Below, piece after piece: positions 10,058 to 19,093 of a stretch of DNA of 64,000 bases. Position 1 is the first letter of the stretch. The number at the start of each line of letters is the position of its first letter. The notes beneath the pieces are model-generated. The model was not told the origin of the DNA. It was given only the letters and a program-made list of their open reading frames with translations, and did not search any database. A program made the translations under genes and the position numbers. Source of the stretch: a virus; IMG/VR virus record IMGVR_UViG_3300027714_000005, one strand, 5' to 3'.

Positions 10058-11401
10058 ATGAAGTTAATATGTTTTGATTTGGATGGTGTGTTGGTTGACA
10101 CAAAAGGAATTCACTTCGATGCATTGAATGATGCGTTGATTGCACATGGACATGACCCAATCACAAAAGAAGAACATCTATCAAGATATGATGGTCTCAC
10201 CACGGATATGAAACTCCGCCATCTGGGCATTCCTGATGATGATAAGAAAAAGGTTAGTATCTCTAAACAGGCAATAACCTATCTGAAGTTGAATACAATC
10301 AAACCCAATCCTGCAATTACTGAGTTGTTCAAATATCTCAAGAAACAGGAGTATGGGGTTGCTGTATGTTCCAACGCACTAGGACGAACTGTCGAGAAGT
10401 GTCTGTTATCACTGAAACTGTATGACTACATTGACGAGGTGTATACCAGCGAAGACGTATTGAACAACAAACCCCATCCAGAGATTTACTGGAAGGCGAT
10501 GGGTGAATGGGGTGCATATCCCTTCGAGACTGTTATAGTAGAAGATTCTCCGGTGGGTATCACATCCGCATACTATTCCGGTGCAGAAGTCGTTCGTGTC
10601 AGTCACCCTGATGAAGTAAATATGGACTTGGTGTCACGTATCGAGAACGCATTCCCCGCATACGATGCACCTAAGTGGAAAGACTCCACAATGAACGTGT
10701 TGATTCCTATGGCTGGTGCGGGAAGTCGTTTCTCGGATGCGGGATATGTTTTTCCCAAACCATTAATCGATGTTAATAACAAACCTATGATTCAGACAGT
10801 TGTCGAGAATCTAGGGATTGACGCAAACTACATCTTTATCGTACAGAAAGAACATCGTGAGAAGTACAACCTAGACTCCATGTTGAACCTCATTGCACCT
10901 GACTGTACTATTGTAGAGGTTGATGGTGTAACAGAAGGTGCTGCGTGTACTACGTTACTTGCCAGTGAGTTCATTGACAACGATAAACCTTTATTCATTG
11001 CGAACTCAGACCAGTACGTGGAATGGGATTCTTTGGACTTCTTCTATAAGATGCAAGCACGACAAGCGGATGGTGGTATTGTTACTTTCAAAGCAACACA
11101 TCCCAAGTGGTCATTCGCAGAAGTCGATGACGGTCTTGTTAAACGAGTTGCTGAGAAAGACCCGATCAGTGATAATGCAACTGTAGGTTTCTATTACTTC
11201 CGTAAAGGCAGTGACTATGTCAATTCCGCAAAGTCTATGATAGAACAAGATATTCGAACCAACGGTGAGTTCTACGTTGCTCCGGTATTCAACACTGCGA
11301 TTGATGATGGTCTACGTATCTTTGCACACGAAGCGGCCGCAAACTGGGGACTCGGAACACCTGAAGACCTCGAAGCGTACCTACGAGAACACCACTGGTG
11401 A
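10058..11401 (+). CDS. HAD-family phosphatase fused to sugar-phosphate nucleotidyltransferase
   Basis: N-terminal FDLDGVLVD, SN, KPHPEIY, VEDS..G; C-terminal IPMAGAGSRF..GY..PKPLI, TEGAACT, NSDQ, AEK, NGEFYV, LGTPEDL. Confidence 0.9.
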   Translation: MKLICFDLDGVLVDTKGIHFDALNDALIAHGHDPITKEEHLSRYDGLTTDMKLRHLGIPDDDKKKVSISKQAITYLKLNTIKPNPAITELFKYLKKQEYGVAVCSNALGRTVEKCLLSLKLYDYIDEVYTSEDVLNNKPHPEIYWKAMGEWGAYPFETVIVEDSPVGITSAYYSGAEVVRVSHPDEVNMDLVSRIENAFPAYDAPKWKDSTMNVLIPMAGAGSRFSDAGYVFPKPLIDVNNKPMIQTVVENLGIDANYIFIVQKEHREKYNLDSMLNLIAPDCTIVEVDGVTEGAACTTLLASEFIDNDKPLFIANSDQYVEWDSLDFFYKMQARQADGGIVTFKATHPKWSFAEVDDGLVKRVAEKDPISDNATVGFYYFRKGSDYVNSAKSMIEQDIRTNGEFYVAPVFNTAIDDGLRIFAHEAAANWGLGTPEDLEAYLREHHW

Positions 11402-12156
11402 AAACCGCACTATGCATCTCTGGACGATGGAATGACGATTGTTCGCACAAGTGGGTAGACCGTTCTAAACGGTTACTACCCCACGACTACCTATACACTG
11501 GTTCATGGAAAGGTCAAAACACGGTGGACTTCACCGTAGATCACTTCTTTGATGAACCAGAGAACGAGTATCACCCAGTCTTTGACACCGAAGCATATCC
11601 TGATGATGCGTCTGCACTCAGACGTGATGTGTTCCCCCAGTTAATAAAAGAACATGAAGCTGGTGGTTCTTCCCACAGTCAACTTAAACACGCCCTCGCA
11701 TCACAGAACTGGCACAAACAGATTCTAATCCACAACGAGATGATGAAACAATTACCCGATGACATTGATATGGTCATACGTACTCGTTTCGATACAATAG
11801 TCTCCGACCAGTTAGACTGGCAGGGGATGATACAAGAGTCATATGACAAGATAGTTCCTATGGGGTTCAATTGTATGAACTACTACGGTACTCACGACTT
11901 CAATAGAGTTAAGGGCATGGGTAAGGAGACTACTTACTATATCAATGATGCGTTGATTATACATCCCAGAGAGTGTTGGGATACCGACTTAGTGGATAGA
12001 CTATATAAAGATAAGAAGTTAAAGAGTGCAGAAGAGGGATGGTATCAAATACTATCCGAACCTTTTGGTATGTACCACCAGAGTTATCACGGTGGTTGTT
12101 ATTTGTCTGGAAGATGGGATTTGGTGAGAGATGTTGATGCAAGCCTACATAATTAG
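11398..12156 (+). CDS. Hypothetical protein, probable glycan-related GT-A-like enzyme
   Basis: ALCISG N-terminus and VIRTRFD motif typical of polysaccharide-locus proteins; cluster context. Confidence 0.45.
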   Translation: MKTALCISGRWNDDCSHKWVDRSKRLLPHDYLYTGSWKGQNTVDFTVDHFFDEPENEYHPVFDTEAYPDDASALRRDVFPQLIKEHEAGGSSHSQLKHALASQNWHKQILIHNEMMKQLPDDIDMVIRTRFDTIVSDQLDWQGMIQESYDKIVPMGFNCMNYYGTHDFNRVKGMGKETTYYINDALIIHPRECWDTDLVDRLYKDKKLKSAEEGWYQILSEPFGMYHQSYHGGCYLSGRWDLVRDVDASLHN

Positions 12157-12847
12157 TATGATAAACAACCACGAGTCAACAGTTGCGACTCGTCATGTTA
12201 TTGAATCAATAAAGAAAACTGGAACAAAACTAGAACCAATCATCCTGCCCGCAACAATTCCTAGTACAATAAAACAAGACCTCGATAACATGGGTCTGGC
12301 CGATTTACAATATACCTATCCAAGAGATGCATCACAAGACGGTCTTGATATGAGAACTGGTCTCCGACTGTCTCATTATCCTACCAACAATCTAAACAAC
12401 AGAATTGCGTGTATGGTATCTCATATGAGATGTTGGCAGAAAGCAATTGATCTAGATGAGACTATTGTTGTCCTAGAACACGATGCATACTTTATAGACA
12501 CTCTCTGTCCAGAGGACTTGACTTCTGAATGGAAAGGTGGTATAATAGGTCTTAATGATCCCAAAGGTGCAACTAGAAGATCACAAGAGTATCATAAGAT
12601 AGCATCTTCTTACGTAGGACTGCAATCAGTTCCAACTATAGATGATTGGGATGTACCACAAGGTCTTGCAGGTAACTCTGCATATATGATATCCCCCAAG
12701 GGTGCTAAGAAACTTATAAGTAAAACCATAGAGATTGGTATGTGGCCCAACGATGCATTGATGTGTAGACAGATGTTCCCGTGGTTACAGATAGTCTATC
12801 CGTATTATACTAAAACACAGGGGTTGAAGTCAACCACAACATCATGA
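12131..12847 (+). CDS. Glycosyltransferase family 25-like
   Basis: AYII, ACMVSHMRCW, VLEHDA, GNSAYMISPKGAKKL, PND. Confidence 0.8.
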   Translation: MLMQAYIISMINNHESTVATRHVIESIKKTGTKLEPIILPATIPSTIKQDLDNMGLADLQYTYPRDASQDGLDMRTGLRLSHYPTNNLNNRIACMVSHMRCWQKAIDLDETIVVLEHDAYFIDTLCPEDLTSEWKGGIIGLNDPKGATRRSQEYHKIASSYVGLQSVPTIDDWDVPQGLAGNSAYMISPKGAKKLISKTIEIGMWPNDALMCRQMFPWLQIVYPYYTKTQGLKSTTTS

Positions 12848-13491
12848 AAGCATTCGTAATTACATTAATCAATAACGCCAAGAGCGTTGAAGTTGCACAG
12901 AAATGTGTTGAGTCTGGGAAACGACATGGTATTGATATCTGGAACTTTGAGGCATTCTCTCCAGCAGACGATCCAGTATCATTGTTACAGACCAGAGGTA
13001 TAGACCCCATTCAGTTTGATGAGAAGTATTCTCGCAACCTGAACTGCATCTCAGCATTCCTCTCACACTACGCATTGTGGGAACAGTGTATTAAGAGCAA
13101 CGAAACCTTTGTCATCTTCGAACATGACGCAATCGTTCTTGCACCTATTCCAGAAACAACCTTCAGATATGTAATGAACATCGGTGCACCGTCATATGGT
13201 AATTGGAACACACCTAAGATACTTGGTGTCAATCCCCTCACAACTAAGAGATATTTTCCGGGCGCACACGCCTACATGATCACCCCCGCAGGTGCTAAAC
13301 TATTAATAGAAAATGCACCCATGTATGCGAAACCGACTGACGTGTATATGAACCTAGATACCTTCCCTTGGTTACAGGAATACTATCCATTCTGTGCAGA
13401 GGCAAGAGACTCATTCACGACAATCCAAGTACAAGCTGGGTGTCAAGCAAAACATAACTACAAAGATGGATATGGTATTATCGATGCATGA
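12844..13491 (+). CDS. Glycosyltransferase family 25-like
   Basis: AFVITL, AFLSHYALW, IFEHDA, GAHAYMITPAGAKLL, PTD. Confidence 0.8.
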   Translation: MKAFVITLINNAKSVEVAQKCVESGKRHGIDIWNFEAFSPADDPVSLLQTRGIDPIQFDEKYSRNLNCISAFLSHYALWEQCIKSNETFVIFEHDAIVLAPIPETTFRYVMNIGAPSYGNWNTPKILGVNPLTTKRYFPGAHAYMITPAGAKLLIENAPMYAKPTDVYMNLDTFPWLQEYYPFCAEARDSFTTIQVQAGCQAKHNYKDGYGIIDA

Positions 13492-14149
13492 AGTATTTTT
13501 AACTGGGTGCGATGAGAAAACCGCATGGCAGTTACCGTGGTTCGTATCGAACTACCGTAAACATAATAATCACCCAATCATACTCGCAGACTTTGGTATG
13601 AATCCTGACACACGTAAGAAGATGGTGGATGTCTTTGACTTGGTAATAGATGTCAAGAGTGAAGCAAAGGGGTGGTTTAAGAAACCTCGTGCGATACTAG
13701 ATGCCACTAGAGTTGACGGTGTCACTAAAGTTTGTTGGATTGACACTGATTGTGAGATTACGGGTAACATCGAAGCTATCTTTAAACTGACTCACAAGGG
13801 TAAGTTAGGTATGGTTGAAGACCGTCCGTGGACTCAACGTAGACCTGAGATGGGTCGATGGTATAACTCTGGTGTAGTGGTTGTGGAAGGCACACCAAAC
13901 GTCTTGAAGTGGTGGGCAGATGAGTGTATCCGTAATCCTGTACAGGGTGACCAAGAGGTATTATACCTTATGATGAATGGTGATGAGATACAGAAGATGT
14001 CATACATCGAACCTATCCCCCACATATATAACACTTTAAGATTAGACTACATAGATGGTATACAAGTAAAGAACCCTAAGATAGTACATCACACAGGTGC
14101 GAAGGGAAATGCTGTAATAAAAATGTTAATGGAGAAAAATGATGTATGA
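13484..14149 (+). CDS. GT-A glycosyltransferase
   Basis: ADFG, GWFKKP, WIDTD (DxD), YNSGVV, GDQEVL, HHTG. Confidence 0.7.
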   Translation: MHEVFLTGCDEKTAWQLPWFVSNYRKHNNHPIILADFGMNPDTRKKMVDVFDLVIDVKSEAKGWFKKPRAILDATRVDGVTKVCWIDTDCEITGNIEAIFKLTHKGKLGMVEDRPWTQRRPEMGRWYNSGVVVVEGTPNVLKWWADECIRNPVQGDQEVLYLMMNGDEIQKMSYIEPIPHIYNTLRLDYIDGIQVKNPKIVHHTGAKGNAVIKMLMEKNDV

Positions 14150-14552
14150 ATATAGAACAAAGGTAGTACGTGTAGTTGATGGTGATACCGTTGACGTTGA
14201 CGTTGATTTGGGATTCGGAGTATGGCTTCGTAAAGAACGAGTCCGTCTATACGGTATCGATACCCCAGAATCACGAACACGTGACAAAGAAGAAAAGAAG
14301 TATGGACTTGCCGCAAAGGCATTCCTAAAGAAAGCACTTGGTACAAGTCCTATTCTGAAAACAACAAAGGACGGTAAGGGTAAGTATGGTCGTATCCTTG
14401 GTGAGTTTATTGTTGACGATGGAGAGACTGGTACTAGGGTTAATATCAACCAACTACTGATTGAAGAACATCATGCCGCTGCATATCATGGACAGTCAAA
14501 AGATGAAATCGCAGAACAACATTTGATTAACAGAGAACTAGTAAAATTATGA
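14139..14552 (+). CDS. Thermonuclease (SNase-like)
   Basis: RVVDGDT, RVRLYGIDTPE, GKYGRILG. Confidence 0.9.
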   Translation: MMYEYRTKVVRVVDGDTVDVDVDLGFGVWLRKERVRLYGIDTPESRTRDKEEKKYGLAAKAFLKKALGTSPILKTTKDGKGKYGRILGEFIVDDGETGTRVNINQLLIEEHHAAAYHGQSKDEIAEQHLINRELVKL

Positions 14553-14809
14553 AAATATTACACAACAATGTCCTAGTGACACAAGCAGAAGCAGAAACCG
14601 TTACTGGTGGTGGTATCATTCTACAGAGTGATTTGACATCCGGTAACAAAGCAGCAGTTGTCATCGCAGTCAGTGAAGCAGTCGCTGCAGCGGGTCTAAA
14701 ACAGAAAGACCGAGTGTTCCTTGATTGGAGTAAGTCTATGCCAATCGAAGTTGATGGATTGAAATGTGCTGTGATTGAATATTGTCACATTAGAATGGTT
14801 GTGAACTAA
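14549..14809 (+). CDS. GroES-like co-chaperonin
   Basis: 86 aa, K.L.N.VLV, TGGGIIL mobile loop, AVVIAV. Confidence 0.75.
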   Translation: MKILHNNVLVTQAEAETVTGGGIILQSDLTSGNKAAVVIAVSEAVAAAGLKQKDRVFLDWSKSMPIEVDGLKCAVIEYCHIRMVVN

Positions 14810-14818
14810 GAGTAATTT

Positions 14819-15442
14819 ATGAGAGTTAATGTACTTGGTAACGGAGACAATGCGGGTATCTTTAAAAGAGGTACGCAAGGCAAACTATTGATATGTAACA
14901 TGCCTCCGTTCGAGATTCCTAAAAAGGAAGTATTCGCAACCTGTATGGTAGACTTCAAGATGATGAAGGCACTACAGGAAGGTCATATCCAACTTGATAT
15001 GTACGAATGGATTCTTGGTACTCGTCCCAAAGTTTGGATGGAACAATCCGGTACATTCTACATGAAGTACTCACATCTTATTAAGGGATTTTATCAACAC
15101 GTCCCTAAGTATGCCGCAGGAACGGGTGATCCAAGGATGGCTGCAACCAACTTCAACTGTGGTCACATGGCAGTTCATTATGCGTGTGCTAAGATGAAGG
15201 CGGACGAGGTTCACATCTATGGGTTCGATAGTATCTTTGATATGAACCTAGATAGTTTTACCGACCTTCTACTAGAGAGTGATCGTAGTACAGGTAACAC
15301 CGTGAGACTTGCACAGAACTGGAGACCTATCTGGACAGAGATGTTTAAAGAATTCCCCGACACTAAGTTTCACTTGTACCACTCGCATTCTAATATTAAG
15401 ATTCCGATATCGGATAATGTGTACGTACATACCCCAAAATAA
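14819..15442 (+). CDS. Hypothetical protein, Maf/GT29-like Rossmann fold
   Basis: VNVLGNG, ICN, MVD, NCGHMAVHYA, VHIYGFD. Confidence 0.45.
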   Translation: MRVNVLGNGDNAGIFKRGTQGKLLICNMPPFEIPKKEVFATCMVDFKMMKALQEGHIQLDMYEWILGTRPKVWMEQSGTFYMKYSHLIKGFYQHVPKYAAGTGDPRMAATNFNCGHMAVHYACAKMKADEVHIYGFDSIFDMNLDSFTDLLLESDRSTGNTVRLAQNWRPIWTEMFKEFPDTKFHLYHSHSNIKIPISDNVYVHTPK

Positions 15443-15446
15443 AAGC

Positions 15447-15475
15447 TTGACTTTTTATATCAACCGTGATATAAT
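15447..15475 (+). promoter_or_regulatory. Sigma70-type promoter for tRNA-Asn
   Basis: TTGACT-17 nt-TATAAT with TG extension, 8 nt before the tRNA. Confidence 0.85.
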
Positions 15476-15483
15476 AGTTTTAT

Positions 15484-15558
15484 TCCGAAGTAGCTCAGTG
15501 GTAGAGCAGTTGACTGTTAATCAATTGGTCGTTGGTTCGACCCCAACCTTCGGAGCCA
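15484..15558 (+). tRNA. tRNA-Asn (GTT)
   Basis: Acceptor stem TCCGAAG/CTTCGGA, D-arm AGCTCAGTGGTAGAGC, anticodon loop CT-GTT-AA, T-loop GTTCGA, encoded CCA. Confidence 0.97.
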
Positions 15559-15578
15559 TTACTATATGAGGAACGAGA

Positions 15579-15743
15579 ATGAGTCATTACGATAAAGAAA
15601 GAGAAAGTTACCAAGACTTTATTGCAAAAAAAGCAAAAGAAGCAAAAAGGATATCCGCTTCAATGGTTGCACCCTCACCCATAGAGTTAAGGGTGAAGGC
15701 GTTAGAGGAAAGAATAAAAGAGTTAGAGAAGAAACAGGGTTAA
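15579..15743 (+). CDS. Hypothetical 54-aa coiled-coil protein
   Basis: Manually translated MSHYDKERES...RIKELEKKQG; GAGG upstream; fills the gap to the convergent gene. Confidence 0.55.
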   Translation: MSHYDKERESYQDFIAKKAKEAKRISASMVAPSPIELRVKALEERIKELEKKQG

Positions 15744-16420
15744 GATCGTTTCTTCTTCTTACGTTCGTCAGCAATCCACTTCTTAGCTTTAGAGTTATCT
15801 ACTGGTTTTTTGAGGAACTTACTGACATCTTTATATGCACGTAGAGTCTCTACCTTAAAGTCTTTACCGTTAGAGTTATCAACAATCAACATATTCTGTT
15901 TACCGAACATAGTCTGGAATGCACCGATGTTACGTTGTACTTCTTTCCAGTAGTTGGTAACTTCTTTCGCACCAATAGTACGGTCACGTGCTTCATCACG
16001 TTCTATTGCGGTATCAAGGTCGGTGTTCACAAATATCATTGCAACATCGTAACCAAGATTCTTCATTGCACTGACTTGTGATTTAACCTTACTGAAGTCT
16101 TTACCAGTACCATCAATAACCAAACCAAGACGACCAGTAAGGTATCGTGTTTGCATGATACCAGTTAATTTCTTTGCCTTACCACGCATCTCTTGACCTT
16201 GTACAGAGAAGATGTTATCGGTGTTCATCTCCATACCTGCTTTCTTCATTGCAGCTTCGTATGCGTCATCAGAGTTTACAACCTTCAGACCTAATGCGGG
16301 AAGACCCGTCTTACCAACGATGAAAGACTTACCACTGCCTGGCCCACCAGCAAGGAATATTGCTTTAAAGATTGCGGGGTCATCGACACCCTCAGTTATG
16401 AACTTCTTAAACTTAATCAT
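15740..16420 (-). CDS. P-loop kinase, zeta-toxin/AAA_33-like
   Basis: AIFLAGGPGSGKS Walker A, VNSDD, LVIDGTG, GYDVAMIFV, AIER..R.R lid. Confidence 0.8.
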   Translation of the reverse strand: MIKFKKFITEGVDDPAIFKAIFLAGGPGSGKSFIVGKTGLPALGLKVVNSDDAYEAAMKKAGMEMNTDNIFSVQGQEMRGKAKKLTGIMQTRYLTGRLGLVIDGTGKDFSKVKSQVSAMKNLGYDVAMIFVNTDLDTAIERDEARDRTIGAKEVTNYWKEVQRNIGAFQTMFGKQNMLIVDNSNGKDFKVETLRAYKDVSKFLKKPVDNSKAKKWIADERKKKKRS

Positions 16421-16572
16421 TAGAATATCCACACTAGTAGTAACGTTACTACCACACCTTCGATGAATGCAACTGCACGTGTACCAAGGTCATACTTCAT
16501 AAGTGCTATGTCGTATAGGTCATCGTGCTTCTCCACGATAATTGCTTGTATTTCTTTTAACTTGTCCATCAT
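16420..16572 (-). CDS. Hypothetical 50-aa membrane protein
   Basis: Manually translated MMDKLKEIQ...FIEGVVVTLLVWIF; TAATG overlap with the next gene. Confidence 0.55.
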   Translation of the reverse strand: MMDKLKEIQAIIVEKHDDLYDIALMKYDLGTRAVAFIEGVVVTLLLVWIF

Positions 16573-16581
16573 TTTACTTCC

Positions 16582-17412
16582 TTAGTAAACTTGCATTACT
16601 CGTTCGAGAATACGACTGTAGTTCGACATGATAGCTGTGAAAGCGTCATTATCACTCGAACTTAATTTAATACTACTGTTATTTATATGTTCTGCAAACT
16701 CACGAATATCTTTATTTTCACCAGTCAACCTAGTGGGTCTTGGTGGTAACGGAGTGCCATTCCTGACAGCAAGTCTTGCACTAAAATCTTCTCTCTCATA
16801 GAGGTCGATCAAATCAAAGTCTTCGGTGCACATTGATGCGAAGTCATTCTTGATATCAGATGCAACGAACGTCTGACCCACATCAAGGGGTTGTCCTGCT
16901 AGGAACACTGCGTCAAACAAAATATCTGAATTTACATAGTATGTATCATCTCCCATGACATAACGTTTGTTTGAAGATACTTCACCCGACACAAAGTGTC
17001 TACCAATGTCTTTACAGAACGATGCGTGATCGTCTGGGTATGCAGTGCATACGTAGGCAGATTGATGAAAGTGTGCGTTGACTATTGGCCATAGTTGTGA
17101 AACTAGGTTAGTCCTCAATCCACCTTCTGAGTGGTCATACAGTGTGGAGAATGCAGAGTCTCTAAATGATGGTACTACCAGAACATTCTGATATCCCAAT
17201 AGGTTAATCATATTAGATATACCTATTGCTTGCCAGATAAATGATTCCGCAAACTTCTCTTCTCGCACAAAGTCATACGCAGGATGAGCAGCAATAAACT
17301 CGATTATCTTGCGTTCTAAATGACCAAAGCTATCTTCGTTCACCATAACACTATTAACAGTCTGACCCGTCTTACCGATGACTACGTTAAATAAATCCCT
17401 ATTATGACTCAT
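16582..17412 (-). CDS. Hypothetical protein (paralog of 17412-18215)
   Basis: Shared GYQN(V/I)LVV.SF, FDAV.L.G, FA..CTEDFD.ID, terminal VY. Confidence 0.75.
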   Translation of the reverse strand: MSHNRDLFNVVIGKTGQTVNSVMVNEDSFGHLERKIIEFIAAHPAYDFVREEKFAESFIWQAIGISNMINLLGYQNVLVVPSFRDSAFSTLYDHSEGGLRTNLVSQLWPIVNAHFHQSAYVCTAYPDDHASFCKDIGRHFVSGEVSSNKRYVMGDDTYYVNSDILFDAVFLAGQPLDVGQTFVASDIKNDFASMCTEDFDLIDLYEREDFSARLAVRNGTPLPPRPTRLTGENKDIREFAEHINNSSIKLSSSDNDAFTAIMSNYSRILERVMQVY

Positions 17413-18215
17413 TAGTATACCTTATACCATTCATTAATAGTTTCTAGGTTAATTGCGAGTCGAAAGTATACTAGTCGATCTCTATGATTTCGAATCTTTC
17501 CCAAGAAATTTGGAGTGATACGTTGCTTCACTTCATATATTCTAGTGGGGGTGTTCACACACTCGATAAGACGATTGATGGATTGTTCTTTGTTCTTAGG
17601 CCCACCTTTTAGGTTTCTAGTCTTTGTGTCGCCACGGTAAACATCGATCATGTCGAAGTCTTCGGTGCAGTACTTCGCAAACTTTGCCTTAACATCAGTG
17701 GCACTAAACTTACCGTCTAACAGTGATTCACTGCCTAGTAGAACTACCGCATCAAACTTAACGTCAGTCTTCATCTTGAAGGTACTGTCAATTTTAAAAC
17801 AAGAGTCAACCGGAATTATGTTGATGTCGTACTTTTCATATAACGGGGTGAAGATACTTCCCATCTTGGGTTCTGCGACATAGATGTTGCCGTGTGTCTC
17901 GTTCACCGAGTGTACAATAGGTAACAGATGGTCACCCGCACTTTTTATAGGACGGTAGTTCCTATCTCGTAATTGAGTATATTGGTTGTTTTCGAAAGAA
18001 GTCACAACCAGAATGTTCTGATATCCCGAAGTCGCAAGCATTCCGTCAACAAGCGATGCGTCTGTCAGTAGAGTTGTTATATCACTGAACTTGGTTACCC
18101 TACCATTAAACTTTGGAATACCGTCACGAATTGTGGACATCATTGTTTCTTTAGTTTCTAAGTCAACTATGGTGTTTTGTTCTGACGTTCTCGGTTGGGT
18201 TCTATATAGAATCAT
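17412..18215 (-). CDS. Hypothetical protein (paralog of 16582-17412)
   Basis: Same shared motifs; translationally coupled. Confidence 0.75.
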   Translation of the reverse strand: MILYRTQPRTSEQNTIVDLETKETMMSTIRDGIPKFNGRVTKFSDITTLLTDASLVDGMLATSGYQNILVVTSFENNQYTQLRDRNYRPIKSAGDHLLPIVHSVNETHGNIYVAEPKMGSIFTPLYEKYDINIIPVDSCFKIDSTFKMKTDVKFDAVVLLGSESLLDGKFSATDVKAKFAKYCTEDFDMIDVYRGDTKTRNLKGGPKNKEQSINRLIECVNTPTRIYEVKQRITPNFLGKIRNHRDRLVYFRLAINLETINEWYKVY

Positions 18216-18484
18216 TTCTTTATTCCTGAGTAGATGGACTGAATGTGGTCTTCAAACAGTTCGATTTTCTCTAGTCGTTTAGGCCAGAGAATATACTCTT
18301 TCTCTGGGTTTGCCTTGAGATTGTTTAGTAATGGTTGAATCGCACCAAACAACGCATCGAGTTTTTCTTGTGTTTCGGACACAGATGTAGAGACGTTCGC
18401 TACCTGCGCCTGTGCATTTTGCACCGCATCTAGTTCGTTCTCATCTACAAGTGTGAAACCAAAATCAAATAGTTCATTGGACAT
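18212..18484 (-). CDS. Hypothetical phage protein
   Basis: 90-aa ORF with GGAG RBS downstream of a late promoter. Confidence 0.7.
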   Translation of the reverse strand: MSNELFDFGFTLVDENELDAVQNAQAQVANVSTSVSETQEKLDALFGAIQPLLNNLKANPEKEYILWPKRLEKIELFEDHIQSIYSGIKK

Positions 18485-18502
18485 ATCATTCTCCTGTCAT
18501 AC

Positions 18503-18510
18503 TATTTATA
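18503..18510 (-). promoter_or_regulatory. T4-type late promoter
   Basis: TATTTATA on + strand = TATAAATA on - strand, upstream of 18484. Confidence 0.75.
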
Positions 18511-18530
18511 AGTTTTTTTATCTAAAGTGC

Positions 18531-18559
18531 TTGACAAAAGGTGTTTAATTCTGTATAGT
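18531..18559 (+). promoter_or_regulatory. Sigma70-type early promoter
   Basis: TTGACA-17 nt-TATAGT. Confidence 0.75.
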
Positions 18560-18588
18560 GTATGTATACTGTCATGAAAGAAAAAGAA

Positions 18589-18888
18589 ATGCAAACATTT
18601 AATGGTTCGATGAAGTATGATATGCATGGTCGGAAGCGTAAGACTAATGCGTGGAAGACCACCCCTAAACGTGCCAAGACGGAGTTTAAACCTTTAGAGT
18701 CCTATCCTGTCCATCGTGACGATAACCGCGAGAAGTACCCTTCTAAGAGTGATATGGGACGTGATATTGTAAGGGTAGACAATTCATATAGAATTGAAGA
18801 GTCTAAGAAGTTCACGGTAGCACCAGCCTATAATAAGGGTGCATATCAAGTAATCTCACGTTCAGACGTGAAACACATAGGAAAATAG
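18589..18888 (+). CDS. Hypothetical basic phage protein
   Basis: ORF after the early promoter with C-terminal APAYNKGAYQVI motif. Confidence 0.7.
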   Translation: MQTFNGSMKYDMHGRKRKTNAWKTTPKRAKTEFKPLESYPVHRDDNREKYPSKSDMGRDIVRVDNSYRIEESKKFTVAPAYNKGAYQVISRSDVKHIGK

Positions 18889-18889
18889 T

Positions 18890-19054
18890 ATGTTATTAAA
18901 CCCAGATGATAGAACCCCATTCGAAGTATTAACAAAGGCGATGTACGAGGACAACCGTAGTGAACGTAGATTGTGGAAAGACGAAGAAATCTCTTATGAA
19001 CAATATGTTGAAGAGAATATGCAATTTCTGCTTGACAACTTCAGAGAAGTGTGA
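18890..19054 (+). CDS. Hypothetical 54-aa protein
   Basis: Manually translated MLLNPDDRTPFE...LLDNFREV; starts 1 nt after the previous stop. Confidence 0.55.
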   Translation: MLLNPDDRTPFEVLTKAMYEDNRSERRLWKDEEISYEQYVEENMQFLLDNFREV

Positions 19055-19060
19055 TATAAT
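19032..19060 (+). promoter_or_regulatory. Sigma70-type early promoter
   Basis: Perfect TTGACA-17 nt-TATAAT with TG extension. Confidence 0.85.
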
Positions 19061-19093
19061 ACTTGTATTGATAATGAGAACTGTGAGGATATT

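Noticed and set aside
15309-15569. 86-aa ORF spanning the tRNA
   Set aside because: Overlaps the tRNA-Asn and its promoter; spurious
15740-16572. Epsilon-zeta toxin-antitoxin pair
   Set aside because: The upstream 50-aa ORF is a membrane peptide with no antitoxin resemblance
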